A stretch of 64,000 nt of DNA, from the NCBI GenBank assembly GCA_947628305.1, contig CANQZG010000016.1, forward strand, positions 304-64,303, written 5' to 3'. Numbering within the stretch: the first letter of the stretch is position 1; each line of letters begins with the position of its first letter. Origin of the DNA: an uncultured Muribaculaceae bacterium. GTDB taxonomy: Bacteria; Bacteroidota; Bacteroidia; Bacteroidales; Muribaculaceae. Positions 1-9,680 of this stretch are shown piece after piece. The translations under genes were made by a program, and so were the position numbers. Below the pieces are notes generated by a model. It ran no database searches, was not told the DNA's origin, and saw nothing but the letters and a program-made list of their open reading frames with translations.

Positions 1-129
1 GACCCAGTGGAACTGGTTGACAATCAAGGTTTGTCTATAAGCGAACTGAAAATGGCGGAATCCATTATAGAAGACAACAAGGATATTTTTGCCGAGCGTT
101 GGAATGAATTCTTTAACAATAAAGAGTGA
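1..129 (+). CDS. DUF4160-like small protein, C-terminal fragment (5' end outside window)
   Basis: Frame 1 is open from nt 1 to TGA at 127-129 (..VDNQGLSISELKMAESIIEDNKDIFAERWNEFFNNKE*). It aligns with the C-terminus of the complete 77-aa paralog at 55054-55287 and overlaps the next gene by 4 nt. Confidence 0.55.
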   Translation, partial: DPVELVDNQGLSISELKMAESIIEDNKDIFAERWNEFFNNKE

Positions 130-539
130 TTGACATGGAAATAACTAAAATATGGTTGACAGATGATGCTGTCCACATCAGAACTGCAGACGGGCGTGAG
201 GGCAAGGAACTGTTTGCCAATTATGCTCGATTAAGAAATGCACCGCGCGAAGCACTGGAAGATTACACAGCCAATGCTTTCGGCATCCATTGGAATCTGC
301 TCAACGAAGACCTCGCTTTTGAGAGTTTCTTTCAGGAGAAGCGCGATAACCCTTTGTATCGTCTGTTCTTGGCTTACCCTGAAATCAATGTGTCAGCGGT
401 TGCGCGCCGTCTCGGTATTAGCCAGAGTTTGATGGCTCAATATATAGGAGGCTCTAAACGACCATCGGCCGAACGTGCCAATGCTATCGTTGAAATTCTG
501 AGGAAGATAGGTTCAGAACTATCAACGGCATCTTTATGA
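126..539 (+). CDS. DUF2442-like domain fused to a C-terminal XRE-type HTH (antitoxin-like partner of the DUF4160 protein)
   Basis: 137-aa ORF. The N-terminus (ITKIWLTDDAVHIRTADGRE..FGIHWNLLNEDL) looks like DUF2442. The C-terminus (INVSAVARRLGISQSLMAQYIGGSKRPS) is an HTH. Same architecture as 54633-55061. The start may be GTG at 126 or ATG at 135. Confidence 0.6.
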   Translation: MIDMEITKIWLTDDAVHIRTADGREGKELFANYARLRNAPREALEDYTANAFGIHWNLLNEDLAFESFFQEKRDNPLYRLFLAYPEINVSAVARRLGISQSLMAQYIGGSKRPSAERANAIVEILRKIGSELSTASL

Positions 540-592
540 GCATGGCATCCAGTGTCCCAACCAGTCGTTCCCGTGATTGTTTTTGCAAAAAA

Positions 593-620
593 AGTGTAAT
601 TCAACGAATTACACTCTTTT
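593..620. terminator. Bidirectional hairpin terminator
   Basis: AGTGTAATTC-aac-GAATTACACT (10-bp stem), flanked by an A-run upstream and CTTTT downstream. It lies between the convergent + gene and tRNA-Pro. Confidence 0.5.
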
Positions 621-632
621 GCTTGGGAATTG

Positions 633-705
633 TCGGGGTGAGAAGACTCGAACTTCCGACCTCCACGTCCCGAACGTGGCGCGCTGCCAACTGTGCTACA
701 CCCCG
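633..705 (-). tRNA. tRNA-Pro (anticodon CGG)
   Basis: The reverse complement folds as a cloverleaf: acceptor CGGGGTG/CACCCCG, A14, G18G19, anticodon stem CCACG/CGTGG with loop TTCGGGA, T-loop TTCGAGT, discriminator A. Confidence 0.9.
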
Positions 706-776
706 TAGTCCAATTGCGTGTGCAAAGTTAAGAAATATTTTTGCAATAGAGCAATCGTATGGCGTTTTTTTATGAA

Positions 777-1700
777 TTATTTTACCATCGAGGCAAAAGA
801 GGTGGGAATGGGTGTTGAAAAATTCATCTCTTTACCTGTCGTGGGATGGATGAAACGCAGGGTCGCGGCGTGAAGCGCAAGACGATGGATAGGGCTTGAC
901 TGCGCTCCGTATCGGCGGTCTCCCGCGATGGGGTGTCCGAGGTCTTTCATGTGGACACGTATCTGGTTCTTGCGACCGGTGTCAAGTTCGACCTCGGCGA
1001 GGGTGTATCCGTTTTTGCATTTCAGTGTTTGATAACGTGTGACGGCGAGTTGACCCTCGTCGGGATTGTCGGTGGAATATACCTCGTGTTGCGAGTTTTC
1101 GGCAAGATAGGAACGCACTATACCTTCGGCCGGGTCGAGTTTGCCTTCGGTGACAGCCAAGTACTTGCGGTTCAACACCATATTGTTCCAGTTGTGCTGC
1201 ATGCGTTCCTTGGCTTCGATTGTCTTGGCGAACATCATCAGGCCGGATGTGTCTCGGTCAAGACGATGCACAATGAAAATTTTGTTGCGTGGGTCACTCC
1301 ATTTGACATACTCCCGCAGAATCGAGTATGCCGTACCTTCTTTTGTTTTGTCATTACCCATGGAGAGCAGTCCGTATCCTTTGTTTATGACAATTATGTC
1401 ATCGTCCTCGTACACGAGTTTCATGCGCCGGTGGTAGAATACCCTGAATTCCCTGACGAGGTTGACTTTGACGGTGTCCGCCGGTGAGAGGGGGGCATTG
1501 AACTGTGTTGTCGGGGTACCGTTGATGGCCACTTGGTTGTGCTTCAGGAGTTCTTTGACCGATGTGCGTTTGCGTTGTGGCATTGCGTCTATCAGGAACG
1601 GCAGCAATGTGCTCTCGCTCTCGACCTGATAGGTTTCGATTATGTCGGGTTGAAACTTGTTGCGTTCCGAGCCGGGTTTGTGGTTGATGGGACGTGGCAT
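777..1700 (-). CDS. RluA-family pseudouridine synthase (S4-like N-terminus plus catalytic HRLDRDTSG motif)
   Basis: The ORF contains HRLDRDTSGLMMFAKT and GRKNQIRVH. I take the start at the ATG at 1700 (MPRPINHK), which sits just after the topA stop at 1706. The longer ORF reaching 1781 would overlap topA. Confidence 0.85.
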   Translation of the reverse strand: MPRPINHKPGSERNKFQPDIIETYQVESESTLLPFLIDAMPQRKRTSVKELLKHNQVAINGTPTTQFNAPLSPADTVKVNLVREFRVFYHRRMKLVYEDDDIIVINKGYGLLSMGNDKTKEGTAYSILREYVKWSDPRNKIFIVHRLDRDTSGLMMFAKTIEAKERMQHNWNNMVLNRKYLAVTEGKLDPAEGIVRSYLAENSQHEVYSTDNPDEGQLAVTRYQTLKCKNGYTLAEVELDTGRKNQIRVHMKDLGHPIAGDRRYGAQSSPIHRLALHAATLRFIHPTTGKEMNFSTPIPTSFASMVK

Positions 1701-1705
1701 TGTGG

Positions 1706-4039
1706 TTATTTTTTCTTGGATGTGGCTCGTCGGGTTGCTTTCTTTGGTTTGGATTCCTGGGAATTGATAATTTCCATGCACTCCTCGATAGTGAGGGTTT
1801 CGGGGGATGTGACGGTCTTGGGTATCTTGTAGTTGGATTTTTTGAACGAGATATAGACCCCGTAACGACCGTTAAGGATTCTGAGTTCAGGGTCGCTTTC
1901 AAATTCCTTTACGACTTTCTTTGTGTCGGCTTCCCTCTTGGCTGTTATCAATTCCTCGGCTTCGGATAATGTTATTTCGAGCGGGGAATATTCTTTGGGG
2001 ATGGAAACAAATGTTGAGTTGTAACGTATGTAAGGCCCGAACCGCCCTATGGCGACGGTGACATCCTTACCCTCGAATTCTCCTAATGACCGTGGAAGCT
2101 CAAACAGTTTCAATGCTTCCTCAAGAGTTATGTCAAATACCGACTGCTCCTTGCGGAGTGATGCGAACCGCGGCTTCTCGTCACCATCGGCTGTCCCTAT
2201 CTGCACGACAGGCCCGAACCGCCCGATTTTTACCGATACGGGTTGTCCCGACGCGGGGTCGATTCCGAGTTCACGTTCGCCTACCTTATGTTCGAGCCTC
2301 ATTTCGTTGGCCTTGACTACATCGGGGTGGAAAACGTCATAAAAATGGCTGATTTCATCGTTCCATCTTTCCTCGCCTTCGGCGATGCGGTCAAATTGTT
2401 CCTCTACTCTGGCAGTGAAATTGTAGTCGAGGATTCCGGGAAAATACTTGGTCAGGAAATCATTGACGACAGTCCCGGTGTCGGTGGGTATCAGCTTGCC
2501 TTTCTCGCTGCCGACATTCTCGGTGCGTATCGTTTCGGTTATGGTGTCTCCTTTAAGTGTGAGAACCGTGAAATCGCGTGCTTCGCCGGGACGCTCGCCT
2601 TTTTCGATATATTCGCGTTGTTGTATTGTGGATATGGTCGGCGCGTAGGTCGATGGACGGCCTATGCCGAGTTCTTCCATCTTTTTAACCAGCGATGCCT
2701 CGGTGTAACGTGGCGGTAGCTGGGTCAGGCGCATTGTCGCAGTCACGTTTTCACGTGACAATATATCACCGGGGGACATGACCGGAAGAAGTACACCCTC
2801 GCTACTGTCATCGGTGGTGTCGTCGTTACCTTCGATATAGACCTTAAGGAATCCGTCAAATTTGATGACTTCACCCGATGCAGTGAAATGTTTGTCTGAT
2901 TTTGACGGTTGTATTTCAACCGTGGTCTTTTCGATGATTGCGTCAGACATCTGTGAGGCCACTGTCCGCTTCCAGATGAGGTTGTATAATTTTTTCTCCT
3001 GCGCGGTGCCATCGATGGTGTGACGGTTTACGTATGTCGGACGTATTGCCTCGTGTGCCTCCTGTGCACCTTTTGAATGGGTGTGATATTTGCGGATGTG
3101 CAGATATTCCGCCCCTATGGTGTCTGAAATCTCGGCCGATATTGTCGCGATGGCAAGTGATGACAGGTTCAATGAGTCGGTACGCATGTAGGTTATGTGT
3201 CCGGCCTCATATAACCTTTGGGCCACCATCATAGTCTGCGACACCGAGAACCCGAGCTTGCGTGATGCCTCCTGTTGCAAGGTCGAGGTCGTGAAGGGGG
3301 GGGCGGGTGATTTCTTGATAGGCTTTACTGAAACCGATTTAACGGAAAAATCAGAGTCGAGACATTTTGTCAGGAAGTCCCGTGCCTGTTCCTCCGACGG
3401 GAAACGTGACGGCAGTTCGGCTCTGACGCTATGGCCATCGGAGGTCTTGAACGATGCTGTGATACGGAAATAGGTCTCGGGGGTGAAATTCTTGATTTCA
3501 TTTTCGCGTTCTACAATCAACCTTACGGCTACAGACTGTACTCGTCCGGCCGATAATGCAGGCTTGATTTTCTTCCACAGGACGGGTGAGAGTTCAAATC
3601 CCACGAGACGGTCGAGAACGCGCCGGGCCTGTTGTGCATCGACGAGGTTCAGGTCAATCGAGCGGGGATTGTCGATGGCGTGGAGAATCGCGTCCTTGGT
3701 TATTTCGTGGAATACGATACGCCGTGTGTTTTCCGGCTTCAATCCCAGTACTTCATATAGATGCCATGCAATGGCCTCTCCTTCACGGTCCTCATCGGAT
3801 GCGAGCCATACCGTTTCGGCTTCTTTGGCGGCTTTCTTCAGGGTTTTTACAAGTTCTTTCTTGTCGTCGGGTATCTCATATATTGGTGAGAACGAATTTT
3901 CCTTGTCAAGGCTCAGGTCTTTTTTGCGCAGGTCACGGATGTGCCCGTAACTTGACATTACCTTATAATCCTTTCCGAGGAATTTTTCAATGGTCTTGGC
4001 CTTGGCCGGAGACTCCACGATAACAAGATTTTTAAGCAT
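1706..4039 (-). CDS. topA: DNA topoisomerase I
   Basis: 777 aa. Toprim N-terminus (LVIVESPAKAKTIEKFLG), catalytic-region ITYMRTDS, and C-terminal repeats RFGPVVQIG and RFGPYIRY. Confidence 0.95.
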   Translation of the reverse strand: MLKNLVIVESPAKAKTIEKFLGKDYKVMSSYGHIRDLRKKDLSLDKENSFSPIYEIPDDKKELVKTLKKAAKEAETVWLASDEDREGEAIAWHLYEVLGLKPENTRRIVFHEITKDAILHAIDNPRSIDLNLVDAQQARRVLDRLVGFELSPVLWKKIKPALSAGRVQSVAVRLIVERENEIKNFTPETYFRITASFKTSDGHSVRAELPSRFPSEEQARDFLTKCLDSDFSVKSVSVKPIKKSPAPPFTTSTLQQEASRKLGFSVSQTMMVAQRLYEAGHITYMRTDSLNLSSLAIATISAEISDTIGAEYLHIRKYHTHSKGAQEAHEAIRPTYVNRHTIDGTAQEKKLYNLIWKRTVASQMSDAIIEKTTVEIQPSKSDKHFTASGEVIKFDGFLKVYIEGNDDTTDDSSEGVLLPVMSPGDILSRENVTATMRLTQLPPRYTEASLVKKMEELGIGRPSTYAPTISTIQQREYIEKGERPGEARDFTVLTLKGDTITETIRTENVGSEKGKLIPTDTGTVVNDFLTKYFPGILDYNFTARVEEQFDRIAEGEERWNDEISHFYDVFHPDVVKANEMRLEHKVGERELGIDPASGQPVSVKIGRFGPVVQIGTADGDEKPRFASLRKEQSVFDITLEEALKLFELPRSLGEFEGKDVTVAIGRFGPYIRYNSTFVSIPKEYSPLEITLSEAEELITAKREADTKKVVKEFESDPELRILNGRYGVYISFKKSNYKIPKTVTSPETLTIEECMEIINSQESKPKKATRRATSKKK

Positions 4040-4079
4040 CTGATTGCTGTTTTGTGAGAACTGCTTTTAATTTAAGGTG

Positions 4080-4087
4080 CAAAATTA
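4080..4087 (-). promoter_or_regulatory. Candidate Bacteroidetes -7 box (TAATTTTG) for topA
   Basis: CAAAATTA on the + strand matches TAnnTTTG on the - strand, about 40 nt upstream of the topA ATG. Confidence 0.4.
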
Positions 4088-4163
4088 GGAAAGAAATCTC
4101 AAATTTGCCCCCATTTTTAACAAAAACTGCCAAAAATAGGTTCAGGTGGATTGTGACATCCTC

Positions 4164-6497
4164 TTATTCCACGCTCTGATAGGTGAGGGGAGGGTCAAAA
4201 TACCGCGACATGCTTTTCAGGTTTTCGCGGTAGGTGGGGATGGCGAAATGTACATCTTTGAAATAGGCGTCGGCATCTCTTTTCCGTTGGACCTTTACCG
4301 GGTCTTGTTCAAAAGTGTAATCGGCTTGCTTGCCTGATGTCTCATGTAGGCTCACCGACATACGTTCCCCTTCTGCCGTCAACGTGATATAATCGCCCGA
4401 TGACATGGTGAAATTCACGGTCTGATAGGTGTCGATGTTGATGTTGAGATTTTTAGCTGCTCCATCCCAGTCATATCTGTAGGTGGTTTTATCTTTTTGA
4501 CGTGTAATGGCCATACTTAATGAACCGTCTCCTATTGACATCAGGCCGTTCACATCGGTTATATCGGACGGGAGACATGGGGTTATATTGATGGCTTGGT
4601 TTAACAAGTCGGGTCTGACACCGAGAAAATATTGATTCCATATCCTGATGTGTTCGCTGTTGCTCCATGCCTGTAGGAATGTACCGCTGCGTCTGACCCA
4701 TGTCCTGCCGGGGCGTGGCCAAGCGTCGGCGTTCTCTGAAAGGCTGCCGACCGCACCCTCTGAAAGGGCCTGGCGGTTCATGTTGCGGAATAGCTTGAAT
4801 GCGATGTCGGCTTGTCCCAGTTCAATCATCCGTTGCATCGCCATCCCGTTGTTCCATAGCCAGATTGTCCCGTTGTGGTAGGCATCGTCCTTGTGGTAAC
4901 GATGCCACTGTTCATGGTAGGGATGGAACTGTTCGTCATCCTGGTCGAGGGATGACACTCCCCATGGAAATACGAGGCGTTCCCACATCTTTTTTGTCTC
5001 GTGTATCCTTAGGCCGGGGTCTGAAATCATGTCAAGGGCATATATCGCGTTGGGGCGGAACTGAAGGTCGCCGCTTCCATCGGTGTTGAGGTGGTCATAA
5101 ATCACCTTGTTTTCTTTGTCGATGAAATCCCGTTCAAAGTTGGAACGTAGAATTGCCGCAGCCTTGTCCCAGTGTCGCGCATCATCGGTTTTGTCCAAGA
5201 GACGTGCGAGGTCAGCGGCATCGGTCAGCTGTGAATACCATAACGCTTGCACGTCTACGGCCCTGTTTCCTCGCGGGGAGCATGGAAATTTCCCTTGGCG
5301 CTTGGCATCCATCCATGTGTCGGCATCGGCGTGGGTGAGATAGCCGTCATTGTCGGTGTATAGTTTCAGGGATGCATCGGTGGCGATTTTCACTGCGGGA
5401 TATATCTCCTTTAGAAAAGCGGTGTCGCCGGTATATCTAAGGTAGTCGTGAACCTGCATGACGAACCGTGGCGTGCCGTCGGTGGTGTTGTACAGGATGC
5501 CGTCGAGGTTGAGACGGTTGGGTATGCGACCGTATGTCGCCGAGGTGGAGTCGGTGTCCTGATAGCGGGCAAAAGATGCCAAAATGTTACGTGCGGTTTC
5601 GAATTGCCCCGTGCAGAGCACCGCCCCCGGCATTGAGATGAACATGTCACGTCCCCAGAAATCGGTGAACCAGGGTAGACCGGCATATATGCCATAGCCA
5701 CCGTGCTGGCGGGTTATCAGTTGGTCATTTGTGAGCATAATCCACGCAAGGGCGCGGTCGAGTGAGTCGAGATTGGTTTTGAGCCGGTTTTGGTCGAGGA
5801 GCATCTGCATGCGCCGTCCTCTATCGGCAAGCCATTTGTCACCTTTATCCCGGAAAGAGTCTATTGCTTTCAGGGTCTGCGGTTCTGTCCCGAATGCGAT
5901 TATAAATCCACCTGAAGATGCTGACGTGGAAAGTGTACTGTCCTTTAATTCTGCGGAAGAATTGTTTAGCGGGGTTATTCTGACTACGTTGCCCGGGGAT
6001 TCGGTTGTTGTATATATGACAGAATTGCCGTCGGCGCGAGGCGAGGAGACATTGTCGCCAGTCAGTTTAATCGCAATCTCTTTTCCTTTTATGCTGTCGA
6101 GCGCGATATACAATAGACGTGCTGAATCCATCATGCAGAATGTTTCCACTGCGTTGTCATATCGGCGTGTCAGCTTGTCAGGGTATACCGTGACGGCTGC
6201 TTCGCGTCGTGAAAGAGGTTTGTTGTCTATGGACAGACTGTAGTCGGCAAATATACGTTTGGCGTTAATGTTCCATCCGGCATACCAGTCGTCCCAATTG
6301 TCGGTTGAGGTCATGCTGTAATAAAACCCTCCGTTCTTGTCGGTGTAGGAATACTCGCGGGATTCCCCTTGCGGGATGGTTATTCCCAATTCATTAAGCT
6401 GTAAGGAGGTAGATGACGTTGTGGCTCTATCGCCACAAGAGGTTGCCAAAAAGACGATTGCGCCGGCGGTCAGAAGTTTGGAGTTGAATGGATTCAT
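4164..6497 (-). CDS. Amylo-alpha-1,6-glucosidase / glycogen debranching enzyme family lipoprotein
   Basis: 777 aa. Lipobox FLATSCG. GDE_C-type motif GLPWFTDFWGRDMFISMPG and an alpha/alpha-toroid-like C-terminal half. Confidence 0.75.
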   Translation of the reverse strand: MNPFNSKLLTAGAIVFLATSCGDRATTSSTSLQLNELGITIPQGESREYSYTDKNGGFYYSMTSTDNWDDWYAGWNINAKRIFADYSLSIDNKPLSRREAAVTVYPDKLTRRYDNAVETFCMMDSARLLYIALDSIKGKEIAIKLTGDNVSSPRADGNSVIYTTTESPGNVVRITPLNNSSAELKDSTLSTSASSGGFIIAFGTEPQTLKAIDSFRDKGDKWLADRGRRMQMLLDQNRLKTNLDSLDRALAWIMLTNDQLITRQHGGYGIYAGLPWFTDFWGRDMFISMPGAVLCTGQFETARNILASFARYQDTDSTSATYGRIPNRLNLDGILYNTTDGTPRFVMQVHDYLRYTGDTAFLKEIYPAVKIATDASLKLYTDNDGYLTHADADTWMDAKRQGKFPCSPRGNRAVDVQALWYSQLTDAADLARLLDKTDDARHWDKAAAILRSNFERDFIDKENKVIYDHLNTDGSGDLQFRPNAIYALDMISDPGLRIHETKKMWERLVFPWGVSSLDQDDEQFHPYHEQWHRYHKDDAYHNGTIWLWNNGMAMQRMIELGQADIAFKLFRNMNRQALSEGAVGSLSENADAWPRPGRTWVRRSGTFLQAWSNSEHIRIWNQYFLGVRPDLLNQAINITPCLPSDITDVNGLMSIGDGSLSMAITRQKDKTTYRYDWDGAAKNLNINIDTYQTVNFTMSSGDYITLTAEGERMSVSLHETSGKQADYTFEQDPVKVQRKRDADAYFKDVHFAIPTYRENLKSMSRYFDPPLTYQSVE

Positions 6498-6500
6498 ACC

Positions 6501-7424
6501 TTAATTTGCTACAAAATTATATACGGCCTTTGATATCTGTGCTATGATTTTTTCAGCGTCCTCTTGTGTCCCGCCGAAGTCTTTGACGAATACAGCGATG
6601 GAGTAATGTCGGCCTGAAGGGAGGGTTACATATCCGCCGTCGTTCACAGCGGTGACTTCTCCACTGGAATTGGTATACCCTGAGCCTGTGCGGTGGGCAA
6701 ACTTTACGCCCTCGGGCAGTCCTGCGGCTATTCGGGTCGCGCCGGTGTGACAGTCATACATCATCTGCTTGATGTGTTCCTGTTTCGAATGGCTTACCAG
6801 GCTGTCAGTGAACACACGGTTTACAAGGGCGGCGTAGGAAAGCGGAGAACTACGGTTTTCGTAGGCTTTGGAATGGTCGGCTTTCATCTCTGACTCGGTA
6901 TATCGAATCTGAAAATCATCTTCTGGCAAAATGTTACGTATATAGCGGTCGGTCTCCGGGGCGGAAACAATCCTGTCAAACAATAGGTTGCTTGTATTAT
7001 TGTCGCTGTGTATAAGGATGTAGGCCAACAATTCGCCAATTGACATGGTGATGTGGTCCTGAGTATGCTCTTTAAACATGGGGCTCCAGGTCTCTGGGTC
7101 GAGGTCACTGCGTTTTATCGTTAAGGTCGAATCTAATTCGGTGGTTTGCGTGTCGAGTGTATGGCACACGGCGATTGCCTCGTGCAGCTTGAACATGCTC
7201 ATAAGGGGATAGTCCGCTGAATTGTTGAATGTTATGGTGTCGGTATTGTCAATTATTATGGCCATACCGAATTGTCCCGGTTTGCCTTCTGTGATTTTCG
7301 ATAACTCGTCTTGTAAGATGGAATTTTGCTTCGACGATGTATCGGTGTTTTCCGAACGGGGCGAGCATGACAGTAACGATAATGATACCGCAATGGCCGT
7401 GACAAGCAGTTTCGGTGAAGTCAT
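6501..7424 (-). CDS. Class A (subclass A2-like) beta-lactamase, lipoprotein
   Basis: Lipobox LLSCS. Class A motifs SMFK (S70-x-x-K), SDN (HSDNNTSN) and box 234 read as RTG (HRTGSG) in place of KTG. Confidence 0.8.
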   Translation of the reverse strand: MTSPKLLVTAIAVSLSLLSCSPRSENTDTSSKQNSILQDELSKITEGKPGQFGMAIIIDNTDTITFNNSADYPLMSMFKLHEAIAVCHTLDTQTTELDSTLTIKRSDLDPETWSPMFKEHTQDHITMSIGELLAYILIHSDNNTSNLLFDRIVSAPETDRYIRNILPEDDFQIRYTESEMKADHSKAYENRSSPLSYAALVNRVFTDSLVSHSKQEHIKQMMYDCHTGATRIAAGLPEGVKFAHRTGSGYTNSSGEVTAVNDGGYVTLPSGRHYSIAVFVKDFGGTQEDAEKIIAQISKAVYNFVAN

Positions 7425-7503
7425 ATAATAAATAACATAGGATGAAAACTAAAACAACGCCCATTTTACAGCCGTATTGATGTAAATTGGGCGTTGGTTC
7501 TTG

Positions 7504-7900
7504 TGGAGATGGAGGGATTCGAACCCTCGTCCAAACGTGGAACTAATGAGCTTTCTACATGCTTAGTCGGTTATTGGTTTTAGTGGAACGGCAGGCAATC
7601 GACAGCCAACCGTGCCCTTAGCCTCTAAAGTTTCGGAGACCGCACGAGGCTTTCGGCTTCCTATTTCCGATTTACCAGCACCGCCTTGTCGATTAGTCTC
7701 GGAAAAAGGACAATCGGGCGATGTCTTGTCCCCGCAACTGTTGCGGGGATTAAGCTAATCTACTGTACTTCGATTAAGCAGCAAGAGCGTAGTTGTTTTC
7801 GCCATTTAAAAAAGTCGATGTCCCTGATTAAAGAGAGTAGGCATCATTTCTCTGCATGCTTACACACCACCTCTACACGCTGTCAAAACCGGTCATCCCC
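7504..7900 (-). ncRNA. ssrA: tmRNA (SsrA), tag peptide GENNYALAA
   Basis: Reverse-complement 5' end GGGGATGACCGGTTTTGAC. Internal reading frame GGC GAA AAC AAC TAC GCT CTT GCT GCT TAA. 3' tRNA-like end GGGTTCGAATCCCTCCATCTCCA. Confidence 0.9.
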
Positions 7901-7925
7901 GTTACGTTTTGTGTGATATGTGCTG

Positions 7926-7933
7926 CAAAGATA
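7926..7933 (-). promoter_or_regulatory. Candidate -7 box (TATCTTTG) for tmRNA
   Basis: CAAAGATA on the + strand, about 26 nt upstream of the mature tmRNA 5' end. Confidence 0.45.
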
Positions 7934-8019
7934 GTGATTTATTCGGTTATGACAATGCACTTTGCAGTTCAGTGGCCATTAAAAATGGTTAATTATTTGT
8001 CTATGTCGCTGTCGTGGGG

Positions 8020-8027
8020 TATCTTTG
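8020..8027 (+). promoter_or_regulatory. Candidate -7 box (TATCTTTG) for the metK leader
   Basis: Matches TAnnTTTG. It lies about 175 nt upstream of the metK ATG, which implies a long leader. Confidence 0.45.
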
Positions 8028-8034
8028 CAGTCCC

Positions 8035-8085
8035 AAGTGGAAAAATTTGGCTGCTTGCAACCACTTCACAAAAAAATGCTAAAAC
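8035..8085 (+). promoter_or_regulatory. Possible SAM-II-like pseudoknot riboswitch in the metK leader
   Basis: P1 AAGTGG (8035-8040) pairs with CCACTT (8061-8066). Loop TTTGGC (8046-8051) can pair with the 3' GCTAAA (8078-8083), giving an H-type pseudoknot with an A-rich 3' strand, as in SAM-II. Not tested with a covariance model. Confidence 0.35.
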
Positions 8086-8143
8086 CGCACAACGCTTCCT
8101 CGATGCCGATGCATCAAGCGATTTTCGCGACCACAGTTTAAGC

Positions 8144-8177
8144 AAGCAGGCTGGATTATTCCATGCCGGCTTTTTTT
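8144..8177 (+). terminator. Possible leader attenuator/terminator before metK
   Basis: AAGCAGGC..GCCGGCTT (8-bp stem with 1 mismatch) followed by T7, ending 25 nt before the metK ATG. Confidence 0.35.
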
Positions 8178-8201
8178 ATGTAAAATACAAAACCAATCGA
8201 T

Positions 8202-9530
8202 ATGGACAACAGAAATTATTTATTCACTTCCGAATCGGTCTCGGAGGGACATCCCGACAAAGTGGCCGACCAGATTTCGGATGCGATACTCGATGAGTTT
8301 CTCGCATACGACCCGCAATCGAAGGTCGCGTGTGAGACAATGGTTACAACAGGGCAGGTCATCGTGGCCGGTGAAGTCAAGAGCCGAGCCTACATCGACC
8401 TGATGGCTGTGACGCGTGATGTCATCAACGAAATAGGTTATAACCGTTCGGAACTTAAGTTTGATGCCGAGTCATGCGGAGTGTTGTCGGCTCTGCATGA
8501 GCAGAGCGATGACATCAATCGCGGAGTCGAGCGTGAGGACGCCGAGAGTCAGGGTGCGGGCGACCAAGGCATGATGTTCGGTTATGCCTGTAACGAGACA
8601 TCGTCCTATATGCCTTTGACGCTTGACCTTAGCCATCTTTTGTTGCGTGAACTGTCGGCTATCAGGCGCGAGGGTGAAGAGATGACTTATACCGATGACA
8701 ATGGTGTGGCACGTACATATCTGCGTCCTGACTCCAAGAGCCAGGTGACGGTGGAATACACCCCCGGTCACAAGGCCGTACGTGTTGACACGATAGTCAT
8801 TTCGACCCAGCATGATGAGTTCATCCGTCCTGAGAATCCTGACGATGAGGAGGCGTGTCGCAAGGCCGATGCCGAGATGGCTCGCATAATCAAGGAGGAT
8901 GTCGAACGGGTGCTTATCCCGCGTGTGAAAGCGTTACTGCCTGTCGAAGTGGCCGCTTTGATTGACAATCCCCGGTTGCTTGTGAACCCGACAGGGAAGT
9001 TTGTTATCGGGGGGCCTCACGGGGATACAGGCCTGACGGGACGCAAGATTATCGTTGACACCTACGGTGGCCGTGGTGCGCACGGCGGTGGCGCGTTCTC
9101 GGGCAAGGACCCGTCTAAGGTTGACCGTTCGGCGGCGTATGCCGCTCGTCACATCGCCAAGAACCTTGTCGCCGCCGGGGTTGCCGACGAGGCGTTGGTC
9201 CAGGTGGCCTATGCAATCGGTGTGGACCGTCCTGTCAGTCTCTATGTCAACACCCGTGGCACATCCCATGTTGACATGGATGACGCCCATATATCGGATG
9301 TCGTGGCCGGATTGTTCGACATGCGTCCGCATGCGATTGAAAAACGTCTTAAATTGCGTAATCCGATATATCGCGAGACGGCATCGTTCGGTCACATGGG
9401 GCGTGAGCCACGCAAGGTGACAAAGCGTTTTCATTCACGTTATGAAGGGACCAAGGAGGTCGAGGTCGAACTGTTCACGTGGGAAAAACTTGACATGGTT
9501 GACACGTTGAAAAATGCTTTCGGATTATGA
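8202..9530 (+). CDS. metK: S-adenosylmethionine synthetase
   Basis: 442 aa. [53 protein letters not shown] and [19 protein letters not shown]. Confidence 0.95.
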   Translation: MDNRNYLFTSESVSEGHPDKVADQISDAILDEFLAYDPQSKVACETMVTTGQVIVAGEVKSRAYIDLMAVTRDVINEIGYNRSELKFDAESCGVLSALHEQSDDINRGVEREDAESQGAGDQGMMFGYACNETSSYMPLTLDLSHLLLRELSAIRREGEEMTYTDDNGVARTYLRPDSKSQVTVEYTPGHKAVRVDTIVISTQHDEFIRPENPDDEEACRKADAEMARIIKEDVERVLIPRVKALLPVEVAALIDNPRLLVNPTGKFVIGGPHGDTGLTGRKIIVDTYGGRGAHGGGAFSGKDPSKVDRSAAYAARHIAKNLVAAGVADEALVQVAYAIGVDRPVSLYVNTRGTSHVDMDDAHISDVVAGLFDMRPHAIEKRLKLRNPIYRETASFGHMGREPRKVTKRFHSRYEGTKEVEVELFTWEKLDMVDTLKNAFGL

Positions 9531-9589
9531 TGCGGTGGTAAAATAGGTTGCAACCGACTTAAAAATTTTGAATCATACCGAAAAAAATG

Positions 9590-9597
9590 TATCTTTG
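9590..9597 (+). promoter_or_regulatory. Candidate -7 box (TATCTTTG) for the PpiD-like gene
   Basis: Matches TAnnTTTG, 84 nt upstream of the ATG. An 11-bp leader hairpin follows (ATTGCCTTTCG/CGAAAGGCAAT, 9606-9638). Confidence 0.4.
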
Positions 9598-9680
9598 TGC
9601 GCTTTATTGCCTTTCGTGGCTTGGCCGCGAAAGGCAATGGCGATATTAAACCGATTAATCAAGTAACTCTAAAACAATAA

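Noticed and set aside
933-1969. Several 90-184-aa ORFs on both strands overlapping the pseudouridine synthase gene and the topA 3' end
   Set aside because: All lie inside or antisense to strongly supported genes, have low-complexity composition, and show no motifs.
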